DNA of 64,000 bases from Tubiluchus corallicola (lineage: Eukaryota; Animalia; Priapulida): positions 62,001 to 126,000 of the forward strand of contig JAQGDQ010000152.1 of NCBI GenBank assembly GCA_030141605.1, written 5' to 3'. Both the position numbers and the translations under genes were made by a program. The notes below the pieces were generated by a model that saw only the letters and a program-made list of their open reading frames with translations, was not told the DNA's origin and made no database searches. Positions 24,413 to 35,138 of the stretch are shown here, piece by piece (position 1 is the first letter of the stretch; every line of letters starts with the position of its first letter).

Positions 24413-26443
24413 ATGTAAATTTCCTACTCAGGGATCTCAGTTACCGAAAATCAGGTGACTAGCAACAAAACACTGAAAAAAGTGGATTTTTTTTCGCTGT
24501 GATGTTAGAAAATTTCTTTACCAGCAATTTTTTGATTGATTAACAATTTCAAACTCGAACGTTTCGTGAATTGGTTTAGAAAGCAAATAAATGTTTGTTA
24601 TCAGCAAATATCGATACATTGACAATTCTGACTGTGTGTGAAACTAAAGTGAATGTAATACAGAAAGTACTAAAACTGTTAACTTGAGAGGGTGAAAATA
24701 AATACATCTGAATCTGAATGATTTTGCCACGTTTAAGATTAGCTTCGGCGAAGCCAACAGCAGTGTAAGTTTTCATATAGCATTTGTCAGTGATTTGTAG
24801 GTTCCTCTTAAACAAATGACAATGATTCATAAGTTTTTGTGACCTACAACTGCAAGGGTAAAGTTTGGAGCAAAAAAAACAAGTGCAATAGCACATAATC
24901 ATTTATTATGATGAAAAACCAGAGAAAACACTCGCCAGATGTCTGTAGTAGTGATACACACACCAGGTGTCTCTGCAGCAATCCTAAAAAGCAGAATTTG
25001 TGCTGAACAGTACTCGTTCAGGAAAAAGTTGACCGTCCATGGACATGGAAGGGTTTGTAGGATCAATTTTTTTTCTTCCGCTGACTGACCCCACTTAGTT
25101 ACGCGTATCAGTACAAAAACCATCCGAGATGGAATATTATATGTTAATAACCAAAGACCTTTTCAAGCCAAGAGTAAGTTAAGAGGTCAAGTTGATGGTT
25201 ATCGTTAATAAATCTTAGCAATCTAAGACAGATTTAACACAGCAAGACATTCGTTCTAATATTAAATGGCATTTAACCGGCATGTCCGGCATTTTGAACA
25301 TGAATGTTGCATGTTCATTTTGTGGCTGCTTACAATAACATGCATGCCAACAAATAATTGCTGTCAAACAACATTAATTTTCGTTTCGATCAGCTACTCA
25401 GATTGCTGCAGGACATTCAAATGGAATCATTTATGCTTTTAAATTTTAAATCTTCGGTCATAGCCCACTCCAGTGTAATTGAAAATTTTGTGTCTAATGA
25501 GTTATAGTGACTAAATAAAATAATTCCGAAATGCCGGATGTTTGGATTGAATATCCGTTTTGAACGCGAGTAAAAAGTTTTCAAAGTACGCTGCCCCCAA
25601 GTGCTTTATCTATTGCAAATGTCTCCGGGAGCAGATGCATTCCTCATTGCAGAGACTCAATATTACAGATCTTGTTATTAGATTATCGAGTAACCTTAAA
25701 CTGTTCTGCCGAAAATTTTCAAAACCAGATGTTATAAACAGTTACGCATATCACAACAGTTCTGCGTAATACTAGGCAATAGTCATTCATCTTATACTGA
25801 ATAATAAAAATGATGTTAGATTATTTCTGGTGAATAGCAACTAAAATTACAATACACAGCGTGAATAAAACATCAGTTAATACGGTTTTTGAATTTAAAC
25901 ACGAGTAAACAGGAGTGAAATATATCGAATAAAAACAGAGAAATTTCGCAGAACAATCAACATTAATTCAATTGCATAAATACTCATTTTCTTGTATGTA
26001 TTTCACAAGTATCCTGCATACAGAAAACAAACTATAAGTTAATCATAGAGTGAAAATTTCATGTGCATGCAACAGGATTACACCACATTTACTAAGTGTT
26101 TATATATCATTATAGACTTCAATTTTATTACACAATTATCGTATCTAAAATCTGCCACGATTTCCTACCTACTTTGTCTTGAATAATTTAGTAATTGATG
26201 TTTTAACAATATAAATGTTATTAGATGTTGTTTTAGTTTAATTTCAGCTAATACATTTGAATGGTATGGATAAGCGGGTATAAAAAATGTACACTTGACA
26301 TTAATATCATTATTTAACATATTTTTTCCAGTGCAACATTAAAATAGCAACTGTTTGTCTCAGTGTAGCATGTTAGATAGCCTACCTGTTGAATTTAACC
26401 ATTACTGTTACACGAGTATTGTAATTTTAACATTTATACATAC

Positions 26444-26742
26444 TTATTGAATTCGTTCCTAATATCGTTTAGACTAGGTCGTGCTTTGGCATTGTTTCTT
26501 GCGGTACTGTTGTGGAAATAATTGTTACTCCTCATGCTACGGAAACCGTCGTGAACCTTCTTGGCCTGCTTTTTCACGGAAACGGTCGGAAACGCGAAGC
26601 TACGACGAGAATTCGGGCGATACAGGTGTTCCGACTGAAACTCGGACGCATGAAATTCAGAGAGGGCGGGCGAGGGCGGCCGTGGTCGCTCGTTCGTCAT
26701 GTGGTGGTGGTGGTCAGCAAACACAAATTTTCCCAAAAACAT
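26444..26742 (-). CDS. Candidate alternative first coding exon of DNAJB giving a ~100-aa N-terminal extension
   Basis: ATG at 26742, GC-rich ORF, donor AA|GTATGT at 26443 (phase 2) joins the 22558 acceptor exon (A-ATG) as AAA-ATG-ACA-ATG, in frame with the J domain. Confidence 0.6.
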
Positions 26743-26870
26743 ATTGCGGTTCGGTCACAAAGTTCTCGTAAAGTTAATATAACTCAATAGTGTTGTCCAA
26801 ATAAGTTAAGTTGACGTTATGTAGACTTCAAGAGATTTTTTGCAGCAACTTTTGGTGTTGCAACAGCACA

Positions 26871-26904
26871 CTTCTAGAAGTATTCCAGATTACAATTCTA
26901 GAAA
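26871..26904. promoter_or_regulatory. Heat-shock-element-like cluster upstream of the candidate DNAJB first exon
   Basis: cTTCtaGAAg, aTTCcaGATt and aTTCtaGAAa within 34 bp, ~130-160 bp upstream of ATG 26742; not one continuous phased nGAAn array. Confidence 0.55.
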
Positions 26905-28039
26905 AATCTTTGCCTGAACAATACGCAGTGTGAGAGACAAAACTTGTGCTGTTAGCTGCGCATGTACAACTTTTAGCTACACTTTCATTGGTTACGCTGT
27001 GTCGGCTCACTCTAGTCACTCTACGTCTGTGCGTTACTTCTACTAGTACATTAATATCAAGCCAGTAACAGAGTTATTTAGAATAACACAGTACTTTAAA
27101 TAGCAAATACTCATCAGTGCAGATTCTATCCAAATGTGCACAAAAATCTTAAGTTTTCACATCAAGCGTCAACGGCTTATACTAGCTAAACTATTTCAAA
27201 AGAAAGACCAAGTCTTGCATCCTTCAAAGCTTTGTACAATTCTTATGGACTATTCAATATCTCAGTCGTGCCACCTAAAAGAAGGGCACAGTCAATGACA
27301 CTGACTCACACACAAGAGGAACTAGCAAGCACGAGTAAAAGGAAACACCTTCTGACGAAAAGACCACTACCGTGTGACTAAGAAAAGACAATCCGCACCC
27401 ACACTGCGGCTTATCGATGGGAGCAAAAATGCCTCTATCGCTAATCACGCAATAAATACGCTTCAATTGTCCTACCCCAAGCCTAGCTGCATACTAAAGC
27501 AACTAGACAATAATTATATATGGGTCAACGCTTGCGGCATTCGGTTAGTTCAATGGTCACGCAGGGATGAGCTAAAGCAAGCTGTGTTAACTGAATTTAC
27601 TCATGTGTATGTGGAATACAGAATAGGCAGTCAATCAAATCTATTGGCAGGATTACCTAACAGCATTATAAATTAAACATGGCACAAAGGTAATAAAATT
27701 CCATAACACTCTGCATCGCAATTACATTACAATATTATAACATCAAAGGCATGAATGGAAATGATACCGCAATCATCAATAAATCAATATAATAAGTTCC
27801 AATTATGGTATCCAATCCTAGCAATATCATTAGCATCATCACAAAATAAGAAAGTCAAGCATAGCACAGTGTCAATTAAAGAGAAGACATTTACAGCATT
27901 TATAAAGCCTCATACGGTAACTGCAAGTTTACAAAGTGTTAGAAAAATGTAATTTAGACTGCCAGTTAGACAATAAAAATGATTTTCTTACCAACATAGA
28001 AAGAAACAACATGCTACTTTCTTACTTCAAATTTGCAAC

Positions 28040-28417
28040 TAGCCGTGATGGACAGTTTTGAAATTTTGCAATTCGATTATAATCTGGTTTTTGTAATTTA
28101 TCTAAGGCAGCTTTTTAGTGTTTTAGCCATGTTTTTCAAACATTGCAGCACTGAAATAAAGCATATATGGGCGACATTTCAAACGTTTTAATGATAAAGA
28201 ACTTTCGTAGTTGAAGTGCTGATGTATTTGAATCCATAGTTTTAGGCTCGAATCGAATTTGAACTAAAAAACTTGTCTGAATCGAAATCGATCGGTCGAA
28301 TTTTATTGGAACGTACAAACTCGAATCGAATTCGAACTAAAAAACTCGTTCGAAACGAATTTGAACATGTGAATATAATTTGAACGCGCGAACTTGAATG
28401 TTCGCTGCTCACGCTTA
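28040..28417. mobile_element. TTCGAA-rich MITE
   Basis: Multiple tcgaatcgaatt repeats; right end gttcgctgctcacgctta similar to 20104-20121. Confidence 0.55.
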
Positions 28418-28997
28418 ATAAGCAGATGCTCTCACAACTACAAGTCAAGTTCAGGTAATAAAATGAACTTTAAAGTTTAACAATGACCAGGTAATTTTCT
28501 AAATTACATGCTAGACATAAAATTGTTTAATTGCAAGTTACCAAAATTGCCACGTGTGTAACAGCTGCATTGACACAGTTTAGAAAACCAGACCGTGAAA
28601 GTTGAATGGGCTGGATTCTTAAGCTGCTTCACAAATTATTTTCAAATCAGGTACGTAATTGTTAGCTAATTACCCAGTTAAACAATGAAACACAACTTTT
28701 ACAAGCTGTTATGTTTATTGTAATTAATGAGTATTTATAAATGGATTTAAGTGGGAGGTACAAACATGTTTACATGTGTACTCACTGCATGAATATAGTA
28801 ATTTACTCTGTTCTCTTACTGAGGCAGTCTATTTCACTGTTGAGTCTATTTTTGTATGTATCACTAATTCATGATAAATATATCACTACATTACAAGTGA
28901 TAAATTACAAAGATGAAGCATGCTGGAATAGTAATCAATGTTTTTTGATTTCTTGCACGTTTCTGGGCGAGACAAGGTCTTTACTACCGGCAAGGAC

Positions 28998-29528
28998 CAG
29001 GAGTGGCCCAGTAGCTAAAATTACTGGGGGTGCTGTTTTAGAAAATTTTTAACCATTGTTTTAATACTGTGTAAAATGAAACCAACGTGTGTAATTTTAA
29101 TGTTGTAATTTGTAATTGTAATTTTAAACAAAGAAACGTACGAAAATTTATCCATAAACTTGATAAAATCCTAAACAAAAAATACTGTTTGCTCACGAAT
29201 AGCCTAAACTGTTGTAGTTCTAGAATATGCTGGTACACAGTTTTTAAGCACGTGACAACTGACAACACACACTGCATGAGCGACAGTACTCTTTCTACCT
29301 AAAGTGCGTCTTATCTCAGACATGTGCGCATGACCGTATGCACAAACAGCCAAACATCACATTGCTGGAATGCACTGTTCTGGGCTGTGAAGCAAACAAT
29401 ACTACCCTCACATATGCTGATTCCGTACAAATATGAAGAAAGAACTAAAGAAATAAATATTAACGATAATATTGAGTGAAAATAGGGGGTGCTGCAATTC
29501 TACAATGTCTATATAAGAGACGCCACAG
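28998..29528. mobile_element. Degraded hAT-like MITE
   Basis: Right end gacgccacag; gggggtgctg near both ends; flanking 8-mers gcaaggac/gcaagaac. Confidence 0.45.
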
Positions 29529-30135
29529 GCAAGAACGAAATTAAGAGAAGAATTGGTAAAATCGCAGGACAACAATTCTTCTTATTCTTGCTTGGGAAAA
29601 TAATGAATTTTAATTGTAGTGTAACATAAACTTTCAACGACCAAATTCTTCTTGTTTAGAATTACATAAATATTCTTTTAAAGTAAAAAACAACTTCTAT
29701 TGCAGCACCAACAGAGATAATTCAGACCTAATGGAGAAAAACGTGATGACCTTTATAGTATCAAAGATTATAATATTTGTTCAGTAGCTCTCACCCTAGT
29801 GGGCCACATCAGCTGAACAGAAAGAGCTGGGGTGAGAGCTACTGAATAAATATTATAATCTTCGATACTCAAGTCCGATAATTCAGACCCTTTATATTTT
29901 TTCTTTGTTATTTTATTAACAGTATTATTTGTACTTTCTTGGGGCTTACAGTTTCTGCCGATGACAGCGTAATTAATGCCGAAATGTTCAAATTTATGAA
30001 TATTCAAGTAAAGAGGCATTTAATATAATTAAGATGTTTCAGTGGACATTGTCACAAGTTCATTTCTGCTAAAATTAAGACTTCCAAATCATAGATATCT
30101 CAGCAAGTCATTTCAAACTATTGAAAAGAAAGTGT

Positions 30136-30239
30136 ACATTTATTTAATCAACTGTACAAAATAAAGGCAATATATATATACATATTTATATATATGTATA
30201 TATATTGCCTTTATTTCGTACAGTTGATTAAATAAATGT
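30136..30239. repeat. ~104-bp near-perfect palindrome with a (TA)-rich centre
   Basis: acatttatttaatcaactgtacaaaataaaggcaatatata ... tatatattgcctttatttcgtacagttgattaaataaatgt (1 mismatch in the 41-bp arms). Confidence 0.95.
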
Positions 30240-33200
30240 GTAAATATATGTACATATATACATATATATTACAAAATTTCATTTGTATCACACAGCCTAT
30301 CTCTACAGACTCTACAGCAAATCCTCAAATCAGAATTTTGCAGTGGTGGTTGAGCAAATCAGTGACAAAAACGAACATAATAGATCATCCAACATACGTG
30401 AACATAGCTCATGCAACAGACATAGTTCACACAACATATATATATTGTCAACTGTGACAAAATGTGACACAAATTTTCTTTGTTATATGTCACCCTTATT
30501 AATGAGAGGCTACATAAGTCGCTATTCATAAACAAGTATTTGCTGTAAATATACGACAGTCTGAGATTAATGTGATATTAATTTTGTTGAAATCTGATAG
30601 ATGCAATATTCTGTTGGTTGTCTGTCTGACTTACGGTAACTCTTTATTATTATAGTAACACTTACTAATAATGAATCTTTCAATTGAACATTATAATGCC
30701 TTCTGTATGCTGGTAGTCTAAGGACTTCTTAATTACACTCATATAAATTTTATTTTGTAGTCTCAGTAGTTGTTAATTACACTCATATAAATTTTATTTT
30801 TACAAAGGGCAAATAAAATAAAACTATGTCAACTACTACCGGTCATTATTCACAGTGCGCATGACTCATTTACTGGTTTAGTGTGAACACAGTTAGATTG
30901 CTCAAGCAATTATGCGTAAAAAGTGAAAGTGGCTTTAGTACTTCCAAAGGATCTGATGAATTTAATACGTGTGAACATAAATTTGTTACTCACGGTGAAT
31001 ATGATTGAGTTTGAAAGTAAATGCTGCTTTTGACTGACAACCTGGGTGGTTACCTGGCTGGCTCGACACTACAAATCCAGTGGAAAAATGGATTACGTAT
31101 ATCAAAAGTGTTGAATGTACTGGCTGCACTAGCAAAGAGGCAACCGTGTCATACTGCGAGACTCACTGGATGGGGTACATCATTAATATCACCATCAAGG
31201 CCACTCACACCCTGGTAACTTCCACACTAAGGCTTCTTTCAACGTGAAGTGGAAGGGAGTACAAACGGACAGCCACAACAGCAATATAAAGTTACATTAA
31301 GTCTGTTTTAACGTGTTGAAACCCTAATCAGACTGAGAATCTGAGAAGTCTGGTATTCTGGTACAACGTAGTCTAGTCGAACACATTACTTACTTTGTTG
31401 TAAATACTTTGCTGCCTATCGAAAATAAATTATACAGTTAGATTTGGTTTTGTTCTATTTACATTTATTATATTCCAGTTGAGTATGCCTAGAGACCTTG
31501 AAGCTTCAAGCCGTCACCTCTGAACCATCACCGTCCGCAGGGCCATAAAAACCCGACTTCAACATGGCTGCTACACAAAATTTCAGCTTTATAACTATTT
31601 TAGCCAAGATTTTTCAACAGTCTGGCGTTTTCAAAAGGATTTGGATTTTTCAACGATTTCAACGTAAATGGAAAAACATCACCGAAAGTTTCGCACACGA
31701 AACTTTATCATTTTCGTTGAAAACGAAACTGAACCGAACGCGCAGTGCAGACTGCTGGGGTGGATCAAGCAGATCTTAGACTGACAGACAAGATACATTC
31801 AAAATTCTAATCCTGTACTCCATCTTCACGAGGTATTCTCTGAAGTAAGATACATTACTGTATCTGTATCTAATCACGTGCCCTAAAACTGTTACTTTAG
31901 TTCTATTATCACTTTAGTTGAGTCCGACATGAGGTTAATCCTGCAATTCCTTTCTCGTCCAAGACCTTTGATCGCTTCTTCTCTTGTTTGGATGATACTT
32001 TCAGAATCTCTTTTCGCTGGTTGATCTAACCTCTGCCCCCACCCGTGGCCTCTTATTTGACGAATCCCTTTCCAGGTAACATTTTCTCTGTTAATTCGTA
32101 TGTTTTAAAGAAAGAACTTTAATGGCTACTTCCTAACATTAGCAAAACAGCTGTAAGCAACCTACTTTTCTTGACCAGTTTTCGTAATAGCCAAACTGGT
32201 TATAAATCTGGTTCTGGATATAATCTATAAGTTGCAACTGTTGCTCCTTGAGATGATCTACATAAAAAAGGAAATGCCATCAAGGAAATAGGTGATTTTG
32301 AGGCCCAGCAAGCAACAAATACTCGACTTATATTATAGAACTCATTCTGACTCAACATCTCTCTCGATATGCATTAATGTTGGTAGCAGCATTTTGTACA
32401 CATGTATCACAGCACACCGACATTGCAATATGACACCGAATCAATACGACACAGCCAAAGGTGCAGAGCACCATGCTACAGAAGACGAAAAAAGGAAGAA
32501 GCATAGCCTGTTGGTCAAGGCTGCCAATTCAGAAAATAGTCTTGCCACTTATATTAGGTGGGCAGCTGCAGAAGAACCGCATCTAAAACGCTGTAGATGA
32601 GCATCCAGATGGAATCAATAAGAAAAGAAAGAAAAACAAAAGCATCTTATAAAGTGTACATTTACGCGATTTGGCAAATTACTTAAACTTTGATTATAAA
32701 CTTAACAGAAAATTCAGTACACCAGAAATCGGCACCGTCCTAGTAAAATCACAATGTGCTCGAGATCTAGAACATTAGCAGTGCACTCTGCTCAGTATTA
32801 ACACATATCACGAATTTTCTAATTAAAATACTGCAGAAAAGAGAATGCCTACATTTAGCAAGAGTAAAAAATGTTAACAAATTAAGATAATTACCTTTAT
32901 CTCTTTTCAAAATTAGTTCACTAGTTTGTCAAGCAGTCATGGTGAGCTGTCAGTTCCTTATAGACAGACTAAAAAAAAGTTCTGCCTGCCATAAAAGTGA
33001 TTTGATGGCAAAGGAATCTGAAAAAATAATTATAAAAACATAAAAAATTATAGTAATTTCTAAGGCACACGGAAATTCGTAAAACCATTTCACTACAAAC
33101 ATAACAGTAATTTTTACTCATATTTATTATTTATACTTACAGTGTAGCATTGCACAATCCACAAATTACTTATGACAGAACCTAGCTCATGATTAAGCCT

Positions 33201-33481
33201 TACAAACACACAGAAAAGCTTCCTAAGATTATACTTAATTTTGTAGGCTAGGTAAACATCTTGAACAATTTTAAGTAATATCTTGCACCACAATATCTAT
33301 TTAAAGTAATACATAATAAGACTATAAATCATCCCAACAGTACCATTTTCAAGGATAGCCCGTGCTGGTAAGTTAAGGTATTGTCACCAGATAATTTGGA
33401 TGCTAATTTGGTGGCTATTCTATCCTAGTTCTCCAATGCATTTTCACTTCATTTTGGTGATATGAAGACTATATGCCCACA

Positions 33482-33885
33482 CTGTATCTCGACAGTAGGC
33501 GGAAAAGCTGCACAAGCAGCCAATGGCTAGAGAGCGGAGGAGGTTCAAGTGACCCAATGGCCATGTGTAGAGGAATGAACCTCCCAAATCAGGAGTGAAG
33601 TTCCGAAGGCGGGGCAGACCAGTGCAGCATGCTCACTGACTCCGCCAGCTCCTGCAGCCTACCTGGAGCCAAACATATCGCTCCACTTTCCTTTGGACTA
33701 CACCAGCGAGGAAGAGAGGGGGTTCCTGTTGTCTGGGCAACTCAGGATCGCCATACACCTTGCCCAGGCGTGCACCCTGGAGACGTTCAAGGATCGCACT
33801 GCTCAGCCACAGTTGACACTGCCGCTCTATCAATGTGATCAATAACCGACTCTCTTGGCGCACACTCTACTGTCTTCAGAGACAG
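33482..33885 (+). mobile_element. GC-rich solo-LTR-like or TIR-bounded insertion
   Basis: TG...CA ends with imperfect inverted termini (ctgtatctcgacagtag / ctactgtcttcagagacag), two CCAAT, a GC box, AATAAC near the 3' end; no clear TSD. Confidence 0.4.
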
Positions 33886-34899
33886 GATGCCAACCATGAA
33901 GACTATATCTGTTCAAAGCAGAGATTTGACCAAAACATATACTATAACAGCTAGCATTAGCTAAAAAGTTCAAGTAATGGTAGCTTAGCAATAGCTGCAG
34001 AAGAATAAACAAAGAGGTTGCTAACTGTCAAATCACAGCTATACAGTGTATGAGCTGTGGCTTTACGTAGAACTTACAATGAATAAAAGTCATGTGTCTT
34101 TTCATGTGAAGGGAAACTTCCTGTTTATCTGATTGTTGTAATTAATTTAATCATTTACATACTAAGGCCTTATATCACACCAATAGTCTACGCTGCAGCA
34201 AATTATGCTGCAATATAGAGTATAGACTATTGGTGACGGAGCTTTTACATTTTCAGCTTAAGCACTCTTACCTTTAACCTTGCAAATTAAACCTTCTCAA
34301 AAAATTCTGAACATTAATTTTTACATGGTAGGCATTGATTCTATTGTTCTATGTTTTGTATAATGTATGTAATATCTTGCTAGTTTTTAATAGCAATTCA
34401 GTAATTTCTATTTGGGGTTAACTGAGTGAGCTTTGTTTAAATCTTCAAAATTTGACCACATTACAAATTAACTTTAACCTCATTTTTGATTTCTTTGGGA
34501 CATCAGTTCAGTTGATACTGTTCTTTATAATGTTTAGTTTACATTACTATGCGCAGCTGTTTTGTATCCACTAAAATAAACAGGAAAGTTCAAGCCTAAA
34601 ATAGCAAAAATATACACCATAAGACTAATGCATTCGAGAATCTGTGTTCACAATAATAATAATAACAGATTGCTATTTGCGATTCTGGGTACAGCAGAGC
34701 ACTCAGATATTCAGTAAGTCCTATAATAAATATAAACCCAGCCTGAAATCCCATAAGTTGGGAACTGAAAAAAAAAACAAGGCGTCTGAACATGTATAGT
34801 TAATTTACTTATTTAGCACATGGCTGTGTCATTGCCGCGATACTTACAGTTATTACTACTGTTTCAAGCCGCACGACGTAAAACAAAACATAAAAACGA

Positions 34900-35040
34900 A
34901 TTATACATACAAAAATCAAAAGTTCACCTTCTTCGGGAGTCTATCGGTGACGTCATATCCGCTTCGTGTCCGCGGGATTCCGCTAGAAGTCGCAGTATCC
35001 GCCGGAAACTTTTAACGCGTGGAAGTATCTAGTTGTCAAG
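34900..35040. promoter_or_regulatory. CpG-rich promoter of TECR, probably bidirectional with DNAJB; palindromic CRE TGACGTCA at 34948-34955
   Basis: Local CpG enrichment ~100-230 bp upstream of the TECR ATG; ETS-like ccggaa; minus-strand donor-like sites at 34927 and 34847. Confidence 0.6.
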
Positions 35041-35132
35041 CAAACACACTTTTATGTGTGATAATTCATAACTTTTATCCAATTGCATCTCGGCAAATTG
35101 GACTTATTTTTATCACAGCTGTAGACTGCATT

Positions 35133-35138
35133 ATGGAG
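35133..35138 (+). CDS. TECR: TECR first coding exon (ME)
   Basis: ATG GAG followed by gtaatt donor; phase 0 matches the next exon. Confidence 0.75.
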
